Source: Felixounavirus NRG857CP1. From it: 64,000 nucleotides of DNA. This document shows, in pieces, positions 38,405 through 46,741 of this stretch; position 1 is the first letter of the stretch, and each line of letters starts with the position of its first letter. Both the position numbers and the translations under genes were made by a program. The stretch lies in sequence record OZ035806.1. One strand, 5' to 3'. The notes beneath the pieces were generated by a model that worked only from the letters and a program-made list of their open reading frames with translations, did not search any database and was not told where the DNA came from.

Positions 38405-38752
38405 ATGACATTTAAAGAGTTCTGTCAAGCTACTTTCATAATTGTTTTCTTAGTTGGTGCAGGTGTCTGGGGAGGATACTCTTACAGAGACTATCAAGTT
38501 GCTGAAACTGAGCTAAATAATGAGAAACTAATAAGTGTTGCTAAAGATGCTTATCAGGAAGGTTTAGCCACACTCAGCACCAATTACAAAAATGATTTGA
38601 AAGATGTGCTTGCTAAGAATAAGCATACAAAAGAGGTACTAACATATGAAAAAACTAAGCCAGAGTTTTATAATGTTTGTGTTACTGATAACTATGTCAG
38701 GGTGTTCAACGAACAAAGTGAGCAGTACATTCAAAAACTCCCAAGTAAGTGA
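38405..38752 (+). CDS. possible inner-membrane spanin (i-spanin-like)
   Basis: N-terminal TM helix FIIVFLVGAGVWGGY followed by charged helical region; 3' end overlaps a lipoprotein ORF in another frame. Confidence 0.4.
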   Translation: MTFKEFCQATFIIVFLVGAGVWGGYSYRDYQVAETELNNEKLISVAKDAYQEGLATLSTNYKNDLKDVLAKNKHTKEVLTYEKTKPEFYNVCVTDNYVRVFNEQSEQYIQKLPSK

Positions 38753-38915
38753 GGGTGATAAGTACACCCAAGAAGAATCACGGTATATCATCAAAGGCAA
38801 CACAGGCAGCGATGTAGCAGCAGCCCTTGAGTTCTATCGTGACGGCTTTTACCAGTGCACAATCAAAGCTAACAACCTTATTGACATGATTTTATTAGGG
38901 AATAAGCAGCAATGA
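38646..38915 (+). CDS. possible outer-membrane lipoprotein spanin (o-spanin-like)
   Basis: lipoprotein-like signal MKKLSQSFIMFVLLITMSGC; overlapped-gene architecture with upstream ORF. Confidence 0.4.
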   Translation: MKKLSQSFIMFVLLITMSGCSTNKVSSTFKNSQVSEGDKYTQEESRYIIKGNTGSDVAAALEFYRDGFYQCTIKANNLIDMILLGNKQQ

Positions 38916-39181
38916 CAGAGAATCAAGATACTTTTTACGTAGAAGGGTACTTACTGTTACCACGACCAAAAGAGACTTATATGCGAATTGATTTCTCACC
39001 AACCATTATGGATAATGTGATGTGCCATATCTTTATGCAAGGTGTCACAGCACAGCTTAAACATGTTGGTAAAGAGTGCAAAATAAAGGTTGACACTCAT
39101 CCAGAAATCAAAGAGAATCACTACACATGGTTCTTACCAGATTCTAAAGAAATCTTAGCAGTTCTTAAAACGAGGAAGTAA
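38912..39181 (+). CDS. hypothetical protein
   Basis: 89 aa ORF. Confidence 0.35.
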   Translation: MTENQDTFYVEGYLLLPRPKETYMRIDFSPTIMDNVMCHIFMQGVTAQLKHVGKECKIKVDTHPEIKENHYTWFLPDSKEILAVLKTRK

Positions 39182-39183
39182 CT

Positions 39184-39510
39184 ATGCAGATTAATGGAAG
39201 AGACTTTGTAGCCGTTTACTATGAGAAAGGTAAAGAAGTTGGCGTAGCACAAGTATCTTATGGCAATGGTAAGTGGCTATATGGAACAATCGCAGTAGTA
39301 GGAACAAGAAGTGATACAAAAACCTTTAAAGATTGTGTTGACCTTCTTGAAGAATCCATCCAGAATCATTGGTGTCTGATATGGATGACTGATAACGAAG
39401 TGATGGAGCGTTTCAAAAAGATTGATATCAACATTGACAGTATTGAGCATGTTGATTTATATGAACTAACTGAGAAGGTAAACTATGAAAGTAATACTAG
39501 CCAGAGATAA
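39184..39510 (+). CDS. hypothetical protein
   Basis: 108 aa ORF. Confidence 0.35.
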   Translation: MQINGRDFVAVYYEKGKEVGVAQVSYGNGKWLYGTIAVVGTRSDTKTFKDCVDLLEESIQNHWCLIWMTDNEVMERFKKIDINIDSIEHVDLYELTEKVNYESNTSQR

Positions 39511-39712
39511 AAAGACACGAAAACTTATAAGGTCAGCAGTATTCATTGGACGAAATGAGGTCATCCCATTTACAGCAAATGATGTGATAGCTTACAGGAA
39601 GAACTTAGTATTCACTGACTGCTTACGTGGCTTCATCTCTGAACCATTGGAAGACTTTAAAAGTCGTTGTGGTAAAGGTATCATCATTCAAGAGGCAATT
39701 ATTCATGGCTGA
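39485..39712 (+). CDS. hypothetical protein
   Basis: 75 aa ORF. Confidence 0.3.
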   Translation: MKVILARDKKTRKLIRSAVFIGRNEVIPFTANDVIAYRKNLVFTDCLRGFISEPLEDFKSRCGKGIIIQEAIIHG

Positions 39713-39905
39713 CTTCTGTAAAGACTGTTCTATCGAAATGTTCGGACGTGATACAGGTGACTTAAAAGGTCTTATCACTGAAGATGATTTTAAAGCTGGT
39801 TATGCAATGCCAGTAATCTGTGAAGGTTGTGGGTGCATCTGGGTAGACCATGAGGGGCAACGTGTAAAACCTTCAGAAGATAAAGAATCTTGGGAGAGAT
39901 GCTAA
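39627..39905 (+). CDS. small zinc-finger protein
   Basis: CKDC...CEGCGC motifs. Confidence 0.3.
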   Translation: MASSLNHWKTLKVVVVKVSSFKRQLFMADFCKDCSIEMFGRDTGDLKGLITEDDFKAGYAMPVICEGCGCIWVDHEGQRVKPSEDKESWERC

Positions 39906-40691
39906 ATGGGTATTGTAAAAATCATCAATGGTGATATCTTTGCTGCATTTGATAAAGGTAAGTTTGACATCATTGGTCATGGTTGTAACTGCATGAACCT
40001 AATGGGCGCAGGTATCGCTGACAAGATTTCTAAACTTTACCCAAAAGCATATGAGACCGATACAGAAGTTTATCTCTATGCAGGTGGTATAGGTCACAAA
40101 CCCTGTGAGAATTTACTAGGTAATTTCTCTGTAGCACGCTTAAAACAAGGTCGTATAGCTAACCTTTACACTCAGCTTAAGACTGGTAAAGATGCCCGAT
40201 ACAGTGCTTTAGAGTCATCTTTGAAACAGCTTAACAGATACTGTGAAGTCAATCAGTTGAAGAAAGTTGGTTTACCTATGATTGGTGTAGGTATCGGTGG
40301 ACTTGACCCTCAAGCCGTCACAGTTATCATCAATCAGGTGATGAAGAGTGTAGATGTTTATCTATATGTCTATGAAGGAGAGATGTACCACAAGTTACTC
40401 TCAGGTTGGAAGAACTACTGTGAACCAGAATACTTTGCAGGTGTAGCAGTGTTCACAGATAACGCAGTTACCCTCTTCAGACGAAGAAAAGGTAAGATAC
40501 ATCAAAGTAACCCTCCGGTTGAAAAGATGTCTCTAAGTAACGCTCTAGTTACCCACCTGTCAAAGAGCAATCACAGAATTGCTGTAACATTTGGTAGTGA
40601 TGCAGAAGCTTATATCTATGCAAGAACTGATGAGGATATTGAGGCAATCTTCTCTTCACCAGAAGTTACCTTCTTAGACGCAAAGAACTAA
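39906..40691 (+). CDS. macro-domain (ADP-ribose binding/processing) protein
   Basis: N-terminal INGDIF...IIGHGCNCMNLMGAGIADKI resembles macro-domain Gly-rich ADP-ribose pocket. Confidence 0.5.
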   Translation: MGIVKIINGDIFAAFDKGKFDIIGHGCNCMNLMGAGIADKISKLYPKAYETDTEVYLYAGGIGHKPCENLLGNFSVARLKQGRIANLYTQLKTGKDARYSALESSLKQLNRYCEVNQLKKVGLPMIGVGIGGLDPQAVTVIINQVMKSVDVYLYVYEGEMYHKLLSGWKNYCEPEYFAGVAVFTDNAVTLFRRRKGKIHQSNPPVEKMSLSNALVTHLSKSNHRIAVTFGSDAEAYIYARTDEDIEAIFSSPEVTFLDAKN

Positions 40692-40739
40692 GAAACTCTG
40701 TAGGATATCCACAATAGCCTAAGCCTTTCTTATCTGGTA

Positions 40740-41010
40740 AATTTTTCAGGTAAGGAGGGCTTTTTCATTTCAGATTTGTGCAGGTAGATTTCTCTACAGA
40801 ACTCTATAGAGAAAATTTTGAACTCCAAAGAGAAAATTCATTTTCAAACTGTGCAGGTAATCTCCAAAGAGCTTTTTCATTTTCAAAACGTGCAGACCCC
40901 GCTCAGGTCGGGCAAGAAAAATCATTTTAGAATTGTGCAGGTAGGTTTTTATAGACAGCCAGCCCAACCCCTCTCCCCCTCTTACTCCCCCTCTCCCCAA
41001 AAGTCAAGAG
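40740..41010. repeat. iteron-like direct repeat cluster followed by C-rich tract
   Basis: four copies of TCATTTTCAAA-NN-TGTGCAGGTA at about 40761, 40836, 40874, 40918; then CCCCTCTCCCCCTCTTACTCCCCCTCTCCCC. Confidence 0.55.
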
Positions 41011-41119
41011 AAAAATTTGTAGCGGATTGAAAAATAATTCTTGATTTGCGTTCTGTTTTGTGGTAGTCGTGCGCACCCGTTTCATTACAGTTTTGCCAAA
41101 AATATTTTTAAAATTTTTA

Positions 41120-41211
41120 TTGACTCTTTGAACGTGGTTATCTAATATTTACATCAACGGGGAGGGAATGACCTTTCCCACTAAATAAAATCCTAAACTG
41201 GAGATTCAAAA
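41120..41211 (+). promoter_or_regulatory. class I early promoter-hairpin-RBS cassette
   Basis: TTGACT-17-TAATAT then CAACGGGGAGGGAATGACCTTTCCCACTAA hairpin and TAAACTGGAGATTCAAAAATG. Confidence 0.55.
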
Positions 41212-41400
41212 ATGGCATCAAGAAAAATTAAAGTTGGCGATGAGGTTAACATTAAGCACGAATACTCTTACAAAATGCTAACTATACGCTCTTATAAGGT
41301 TTATCAGGTGGAAGCTATCCACAAAGATAATACTTTTTCCTTAAAAGGGTATAGCGAACGTTTCCCTGCTGAACTCTTTGAGAAATGGAGCGCGAAATAA
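41212..41400 (+). CDS. small early-type protein
   Basis: 62 aa; preceded by class I cassette. Confidence 0.45.
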   Translation: MASRKIKVGDEVNIKHEYSYKMLTIRSYKVYQVEAIHKDNTFSLKGYSERFPAELFEKWSAK

Positions 41401-41606
41401 TGCTTTACAGTCGTGAATTGATGGTTACAACTAACGTTAACACAAAGGTAAAACGTTTTTACATGCAAATTTGTGGCGTATGGTCTAGAATATCAGAAGC
41501 TGACTATTGCAACTATGTAGAAACAGCTATAAACTCTAATTGCTACCTTACAAGAAATACTAAGAATTTTACAAGGCAAACAGCGATTTACTATTACGAT
41601 AAATAA
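41385..41606 (+). CDS. small hypothetical protein
   Basis: 73 aa; overlaps upstream gene; alternative Met at 41400. Confidence 0.35.
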   Translation: MEREIMLYSRELMVTTNVNTKVKRFYMQICGVWSRISEADYCNYVETAINSNCYLTRNTKNFTRQTAIYYYDK

Positions 41607-41696
41607 AAAGTACTTTACATGGGGCTTATAGTTCGATAAAGTAAGCCCCAGATAAAGAGCTTTACCAAATTAACCCTTAAACTAGGAGATTCAAAA
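41607..41696 (+). promoter_or_regulatory. class II promoter cassette with inverted repeat spanning the -10 region
   Basis: TTTACA-17-TAAAGT embedded in GGGGCTTA..TAAGCCCC, then AGATAAAGAGCTTTACC and TAAACTAGGAGATTCAAAAATG. Confidence 0.55.
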
Positions 41697-42077
41697 ATGG
41701 CATATCGTGCACCTAAATTCATCAACAAAGACAACTTTCGCAACGCACTGGAGAAGTCACTTGATGAAAATTTTAAAGGCAACATTATCGTTGTTCACGC
41801 ATTCAATTTTAAGTATGATGTAAACGGGAATAGAATCAACCATTACACGGCAACCATGTTAGATGGCACACTATCAAGTGAAAAAGCTGTACTGAATGCA
41901 CTTGCTGGACGTGGTAAAAACCTGATAAAATGCGATAAGAGACGTTATCAGGGTGGCGCATATGGTTATGATGATGCTATTTATCATCTTGAAAATATGG
42001 GCTATCAAGTAGAAAAAGCTGGAGCATCACAAATCATCGGCAGTGACGGCTATGTGACAATTTTCAAAATTAACTGA
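41697..42077 (+). CDS. small early-type protein
   Basis: 126 aa; preceded by class II cassette. Confidence 0.45.
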   Translation: MAYRAPKFINKDNFRNALEKSLDENFKGNIIVVHAFNFKYDVNGNRINHYTATMLDGTLSSEKAVLNALAGRGKNLIKCDKRRYQGGAYGYDDAIYHLENMGYQVEKAGASQIIGSDGYVTIFKIN

Positions 42078-42079
42078 TA

Positions 42080-42172
42080 AAGTACTTTACAAGGGGCTTA
42101 AAAGTTGGTATCTTAAGCCCCAGATAAAGAGCTTTACCACTAAATCAAGTCCTTAAACTAGGAGATTCAAAA
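42080..42172 (+). promoter_or_regulatory. class II promoter cassette
   Basis: TTTACA..GGGGCTTAAAAGTTGGTATCTTAAGCCCC..AGATAAAGAGCTTTACC..AGGAGATTCAAAAATG. Confidence 0.55.
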
Positions 42173-42685
42173 ATGAAAACTGTAGACGCTACCTTTGAAG
42201 TTGTAAAAGAAAAATTTTCCATCATTTACGAAGCTGTTAATTGCTACGAAGCAAGCCATAACCTTGATAATTGGGAATTTACAGATGACCATCAAGGCGG
42301 TGTGACTGTTAAAAATCCTAACTATCAGCATAATGCATTTAAATATGCAATCCCTTTGCATTACAGCCTTAAACAGCTTTCTAGTGACTATGCAAAACAA
42401 GGCCGGGAAAATCCATCAAAAGAGGCTTACGCAAGCTTACAGAAAGAACTAGAAAGAGATTTAGAGGCTTCAGAGTACAACCTTGCCGCGAAAGTTGTGG
42501 ATGCAAACGGTAACACGGTTTTAGAAAGTTTTTATCTTGGTTATGCTTTCGATTGGTGCTATCGTGACGGCGATGATTTAGAGGATAGACTAAAAGAAGA
42601 GGTGAACAATTCAGACGCAGAATCTGAAGTATTAGAACGTTTGGAATCACTAAAAGATTCAGTGATGAATATCTTTAAGAACTAA
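42173..42685 (+). CDS. early-type acidic protein
   Basis: 170 aa; preceded by class II cassette. Confidence 0.45.
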   Translation: MKTVDATFEVVKEKFSIIYEAVNCYEASHNLDNWEFTDDHQGGVTVKNPNYQHNAFKYAIPLHYSLKQLSSDYAKQGRENPSKEAYASLQKELERDLEASEYNLAAKVVDANGNTVLESFYLGYAFDWCYRDGDDLEDRLKEEVNNSDAESEVLERLESLKDSVMNIFKN

Positions 42686-42687
42686 AT

Positions 42688-42777
42688 AGATTTCTTTACA
42701 CGGGGTTATCAAGCTGGTAGGATAGCCCCAGATAAAGAGATTTATCAAATAAAGTCCTTAAACTAGGAGATTCTAAA
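42688..42777 (+). promoter_or_regulatory. class II promoter cassette (diverged copy)
   Basis: TTTACACGGGGTTATC..GGATAGCCCCAGATAAAGAGATTTATC..AGGAGATTCTAAAATG. Confidence 0.5.
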
Positions 42778-43074
42778 ATGAAATTATCAAATCAAGTGCG
42801 TGAAAATCTAAGCAAATTACTCAACAAAATTGATTTCATTGAAACATCAAGGAATAGTCATGATGTTATGGAATGGTTACACGGCAAAATAAAAGGCCGT
42901 CGTGTAGTGATTTGCTTATGGAACAGTTGCAGGGAGTATAAAAAACCTGTATTGCAAGTTAATATCTATGATGATACTTTTAAAAGTCCTGTAAAGTCTG
43001 AAAGTGATTTACTAGATTCTTATGAGATAACTGTAAATGGCAAAGTGTCACGTAAAGAGGAAGCACTATGTTAA
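42778..43074 (+). CDS. small early-type protein
   Basis: 98 aa; preceded by class II cassette. Confidence 0.45.
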   Translation: MKLSNQVRENLSKLLNKIDFIETSRNSHDVMEWLHGKIKGRRVVICLWNSCREYKKPVLQVNIYDDTFKSPVKSESDLLDSYEITVNGKVSRKEEALC

Positions 43075-43400
43075 TGATGGGTATCACTGCAATCATTGCT
43101 ATTATGGCGCTATATAAGGCGTACAGCGCCTACAATCTGGCAAGTAAGGCAATCACGCAACAGGTCAATAATAGCCTTGTAATGAGTTTTCTGGAGCGTT
43201 TAAGTGATGAACAAATAAAACGGTTAGAAATGAGCTTCAGATTTCAATCAAAAACTTATCAAATCAGCGACATTTTCAAAGATAATTTTCAGCTTGTCGA
43301 TGATTATAACTCTCTGATAAATGCTTTAAATATCAGCGACTTAAAAGACTATTACACTATAATTGTCCAAGAACTGAACAAACGAAAAAATTTCTCTTGA
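43068..43400 (+). CDS. small protein with N-terminal hydrophobic helix
   Basis: 110 aa; MLMMGITAIIAIMALY; overlaps upstream gene by 7 nt. Confidence 0.4.
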   Translation: MLMMGITAIIAIMALYKAYSAYNLASKAITQQVNNSLVMSFLERLSDEQIKRLEMSFRFQSKTYQISDIFKDNFQLVDDYNSLINALNISDLKDYYTIIVQELNKRKNFS

Positions 43401-43404
43401 TTTT

Positions 43405-43490
43405 AGTTTTAAAAACAAGTAAATTACTAATCAACGGGGAGGGAATGACCTTCCCCACTAAGTAAAGTCCTTAAACTAGGAGATTCAAAA
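43405..43490 (+). promoter_or_regulatory. class I promoter-hairpin-RBS cassette
   Basis: GTAAATTACTAATCAACGGGGAGGGAATGACCTTCCCCACTAAGTAAA..AGGAGATTCAAAAATG. Confidence 0.55.
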
Positions 43491-43763
43491 ATGTACACTA
43501 CTAACAACGGTCGCACCTTAAACGTAACCCTACGCCACTATGTGAACGGTGTAATGCACTTCGAGGATTTACAAGCTGAGCAACATATCTTAGATTGGCA
43601 AGTAGCAGGACTCCAAAAAACTGCTACGGGATACGGTAAAAAGATTCCAACCAGTTGGAAAGTACACTACGAAGGACGTTTGCGCAGAATTTATCAGGAT
43701 GTGCAAAGCAATAGCGCATCGAGTTACATTATAGTAAAAGGCAAAAAACTGCATTTAATGTAA
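43491..43763 (+). CDS. small early-type protein
   Basis: 90 aa; preceded by class I cassette. Confidence 0.45.
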   Translation: MYTTNNGRTLNVTLRHYVNGVMHFEDLQAEQHILDWQVAGLQKTATGYGKKIPTSWKVHYEGRLRRIYQDVQSNSASSYIIVKGKKLHLM

Positions 43764-43849
43764 AGTACTTTACATGGGGCTTGGAAGTTGATATCTTAAG
43801 CCCCAGATAAAGAGCTTTACCACTCAATCCTAAATTGGAGAACTTAAAA
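43764..43849 (+). promoter_or_regulatory. class II promoter cassette
   Basis: TTTACATGGGGCTTGGAAGTTGATATCTTAAGCCCCAGATAAAGAGCTTTACC. Confidence 0.55.
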
Positions 43850-44254
43850 ATGGCTATTAATAACCGTGAATTATCAATGTTAAAAGCACGTTTGACCGTT
43901 AATCGAATCAACATTATGACATCATCAGCGCCTGATGAGACATTGCACAACATTATCGGAAAGATTCAAAGCGTTATTTTAGACGTTGAAAACGTAAAAA
44001 GTTCATTGGCTGACGTTGCAGCAGGTATCACGCTAGACGGTGCGCAATATGAAATGTCCGACATGTTAGGCAAATCAAAGGTAATGAATAAAGAGCTTGA
44101 TTTAAAGATGTTCCGATTTGCTGTTAAAGTATGGCTATCCGTCGAGTATGACGCTAATTTTGCAATCGCTGATTTCTTTGCCACTTGGTTACAACGTAAT
44201 TTGACAAATCACGATTTTCGTGATGTCTGTGATGCAATTTATGCAGAACTCTAA
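43850..44254 (+). CDS. small early-type protein
   Basis: start set at Met after GGAGAACTTAAAA RBS (track ORF begins 43835). Confidence 0.45.
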   Translation: MAINNRELSMLKARLTVNRINIMTSSAPDETLHNIIGKIQSVILDVENVKSSLADVAAGITLDGAQYEMSDMLGKSKVMNKELDLKMFRFAVKVWLSVEYDANFAIADFFATWLQRNLTNHDFRDVCDAIYAEL

Positions 44255-44262
44255 AAAATTTT

Positions 44263-44355
44263 GTTGACACTGGTTTTTAGATAGATTAAATTACACATCA
44301 ACGGGGAGGGAATGACCTTCCCCACTAAATAAAGTCCTAAACTGGAGATTCTAAA
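44263..44355 (+). promoter_or_regulatory. class I promoter-hairpin-RBS cassette
   Basis: TTGACA-17-TAAATT, then CAACGGGGAGGGAATGACCTTCCCCACTAAATAAA..GGAGATTCTAAAATG. Confidence 0.6.
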
Positions 44356-44559
44356 ATGGCTATTATTAACGGTTTAACCATTGAAACTACACACATCAAA
44401 GATATCAAAGTTGGCGATATAGTCCTTTCCCACGGCGTAGAAAAAACTGTCACTGCAAAGGATATCAAAGAGGATTCTTTCATGGGTAGGACTCTTTTCG
44501 GTGATTCTTATTGCTTAGGTTACCTTGCAGTTTTAAAAGTTGTCAAAAATAACAAATAA
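44356..44559 (+). CDS. small early-type protein
   Basis: 67 aa; preceded by class I cassette. Confidence 0.45.
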   Translation: MAIINGLTIETTHIKDIKVGDIVLSHGVEKTVTAKDIKEDSFMGRTLFGDSYCLGYLAVLKVVKNNK

Positions 44560-44561
44560 AG

Positions 44562-44643
44562 TACTTTACAAGGGGCTTATAAGTCTGTAAAGTAAGCCCC
44601 AGATAAAGAGCTTTACACAATCCTTAAACTAGGAGATTAAAAA
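44562..44643 (+). promoter_or_regulatory. class II promoter cassette
   Basis: TTTACAAGGGGCTTATAAGTCTGTAAAGTAAGCCCCAGATAAAGAGCTTTAC..AGGAGATTAAAAAATG. Confidence 0.55.
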
Positions 44644-45186
44644 ATGAAATGCTATCACGGAACTACTCAAGAAAATTTCCTCAACCTGATTAATAACGGT
44701 GATAAACCATCAGGCGCATGGAATTGTTCGGATATGGACGGCAATTTTTACGTGTATCCAGAAAATAAAATCTATGGCGACGATGAGGAAGAAATAGCAT
44801 CAGAGGGCATTCAGCAAGCTCTAGGCAATGCCACTATCACCGCAGCTTTTCAGATGAAGACTCAAAATATTGTTATCTTAGAACTCGATATTCCAGAGGA
44901 TGAGCTAAATGATGATTATTCTTGTGATAATATGTCGAGTGTAGCAAGTTTTACAGAGTACTTTGATGTAAATTGGATTAAAAAGGTCTATACAACAGAG
45001 TTTAACGCTATGTATTCACCTTTTTGTCTTCCTTCATTGGATAACCCAAATTTAAACTATCTTGATGAGTCTCTGGAGCTTCTTGCTAAAAGTGTTCAAC
45101 AGTCGGACAGTATTCAGGTTTTTTGTGACATCATGGATACACTGACAGGAAACATTGCAGAAGAGGATTTAAAGAGCTTTTTCTAA
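44644..45186 (+). CDS. early-type acidic protein
   Basis: 180 aa; preceded by class II cassette; followed by hairpin AGCCCC..GGGGCT. Confidence 0.45.
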   Translation: MKCYHGTTQENFLNLINNGDKPSGAWNCSDMDGNFYVYPENKIYGDDEEEIASEGIQQALGNATITAAFQMKTQNIVILELDIPEDELNDDYSCDNMSSVASFTEYFDVNWIKKVYTTEFNAMYSPFCLPSLDNPNLNYLDESLELLAKSVQQSDSIQVFCDIMDTLTGNIAEEDLKSFF

Positions 45187-45212
45187 AAACCTATGCAATC
45201 ACCTTATAAACA

Positions 45213-45238
45213 CTAATCAGCCCCTTGTAGGGGCTTTT
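45213..45238 (+). terminator. terminator-like hairpin
   Basis: CAGCCCC-TTGTA-GGGGCTTTT. Confidence 0.45.
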
Positions 45239-45252
45239 AGAGGGCTTAAATC

Positions 45253-45486
45253 ATGCTTACAACCATTTACCTCATCCTTTCCATCTGTAATGGTCATTCA
45301 TGTGATTTTAAAGGGCTTGAAGAGTTTACAGGAAGTAAAGAAAATGCTATTCAAGTTTGCCAGATAGCAAGACAAGACTATCCCGCTAGTGATGATATAC
45401 AATGTTACTTTAAGACAGAAGATGAAGACGGTATCTATTTTGACAGCGTAGATGGTCAGTATGAAATTATCATTGAAAAAGACTAG
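45253..45486 (+). CDS. small protein with signal-like N-terminus
   Basis: 77 aa; MLTTIYLILSICNGHSC. Confidence 0.35.
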   Translation: MLTTIYLILSICNGHSCDFKGLEEFTGSKENAIQVCQIARQDYPASDDIQCYFKTEDEDGIYFDSVDGQYEIIIEKD

Positions 45487-45489
45487 ACA

Positions 45490-45577
45490 AGCCTGATAAA
45501 AATCTGTAAATTGTCAATCAACGGGGAGGGAATGACCTTCCCCACTAAGTACAATCCTTAAACTAGGAGATTCAAAA
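45490..45577 (+). promoter_or_regulatory. class I promoter-hairpin-RBS cassette
   Basis: GTAAATTGTCAATCAACGGGGAGGGAATGACCTTCCCCACTAAGTACAA..AGGAGATTCAAAAATG. Confidence 0.55.
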
Positions 45578-45919
45578 ATGGCTTATGTAACCGTAATTAC
45601 CGATAAAGAAAATTCATCTTGGTCAACTCAAGTAAGTGATAAGATGTCACCTATGCAGTGCCTAAAATACTTTGAACAGTGGAACAAAGGCGAGGACACA
45701 AGCCCCTTTCAAGTGATGCAGATTATCCATGTAGATAACGAAGGGAATAAAACGGTTTTAAATAGTGAGTACTACGCAAGCCGTTTTGAAACGAGAAGTA
45801 AAACAATGAAGCTTTTACGTGAATCCGGTTACTCCCATATCGCCGCGCTAATCTGGGATGACCTGCTAAAAAACCAACGTATCAGCTATGTAAAACCTGA
45901 AAAAATATTCATCAGTTAA
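45578..45919 (+). CDS. small early-type protein
   Basis: 113 aa; preceded by class I cassette. Confidence 0.45.
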   Translation: MAYVTVITDKENSSWSTQVSDKMSPMQCLKYFEQWNKGEDTSPFQVMQIIHVDNEGNKTVLNSEYYASRFETRSKTMKLLRESGYSHIAALIWDDLLKNQRISYVKPEKIFIS

Positions 45920-46059
45920 TCAATAACTTACAAAAAACTTTTAAAAAAAATGTTGACAATACCCCTTGACATTGGTAACTTTGTTCGAGGGGGTTTATCT
46001 AAAAGGGATTCACTTAAAAGATTCTTTATAGATAAGCTCAAAAAATTACTTGCAATCAG

Positions 46060-46142
46060 CTATCAAAACAAGTAAATTACTAATCAACGGGGAGGGAATG
46101 ACCTTCCCCACTAAGTAAAATCCTTAAACTAGGAGAGTCAAA
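46060..46142 (+). promoter_or_regulatory. class I promoter-hairpin-RBS cassette
   Basis: AAGTAAATTACTAATCAACGGGGAGGGAATGACCTTCCCCACTAAGTAAAA..AGGAGAGTCAAAATG. Confidence 0.55.
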
Positions 46143-46673
46143 ATGAACAAGTTTAAAGCTATCAACTTCATTCGTTCAAATGCTGTAATGTCTAAGCCTG
46201 TAAAAGATACATATGAATTTCGTTGTAATGGGGTACACTTTGCAACCATCACTAAGTCAGAAAACGGGGCTTATTATGTACATCGTCGTAATGTTGCAAC
46301 CGTTGTAGTCTCTCACTTTATGCAAGCTGTAGCGGAATTATTACCGTTATTCTTAGAGATTTACTTAGATGAGTGTAAAAACGTTCACAACCACGTTAAA
46401 AACCTTTTAAACGGTTATAAAATGGCTTATGAACGTTCTATCAAGTCACTAAACAAGTTTTACAATGCACCTGCAAATACTGTTTCAATGGCTTATGATG
46501 TAAACGGTGAGTTAGTTAGTCTCTTTAAAGTGGAAGAAATTAAACTGTATAATCTACGTCCTAGTGGTTACTCTAAGACTCTTGGTGAAGGTTTAACGTT
46601 CAATATCAAGAACTTAGAAAAAACTTTAAAAGATATTGAAAAAGATATTGACGAGACACTTAAAAGTCTGTAA
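46143..46673 (+). CDS. early-type protein
   Basis: 176 aa; preceded by class I cassette. Confidence 0.45.
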   Translation: MNKFKAINFIRSNAVMSKPVKDTYEFRCNGVHFATITKSENGAYYVHRRNVATVVVSHFMQAVAELLPLFLEIYLDECKNVHNHVKNLLNGYKMAYERSIKSLNKFYNAPANTVSMAYDVNGELVSLFKVEEIKLYNLRPSGYSKTLGEGLTFNIKNLEKTLKDIEKDIDETLKSL

Positions 46674-46741
46674 ATTGTCAATCAACGGGGAGGGAATGAC
46701 CTTCCCCACTAAATAAAACCCTTAAACTAGGAGATTCAAAA
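46655..46741 (+). promoter_or_regulatory. class I promoter-hairpin-RBS cassette
   Basis: GTAAATTGTCAATCAACGGGGAGGGAATGACCTTCCCCACTAAATAAAA..AGGAGATTCAAAAATG. Confidence 0.55.

Noticed and set aside
40740-41010. Possible CRISPR array (direct repeats separated by short unique sequence)
   Set aside because: Only four imperfect copies with irregular spacing, no repeat-spacer regularity and no cas genes nearby; better explained as iteron-like or regulatory repeats.
40794-41030. Track ORFs 40794..41000 (-) and 40818..41030 (+) encoding Pro/Ser/Gly-rich peptides
   Set aside because: They are read through the iteron repeats and C-rich tract; the amino acid bias is a by-product of the repeat sequence.
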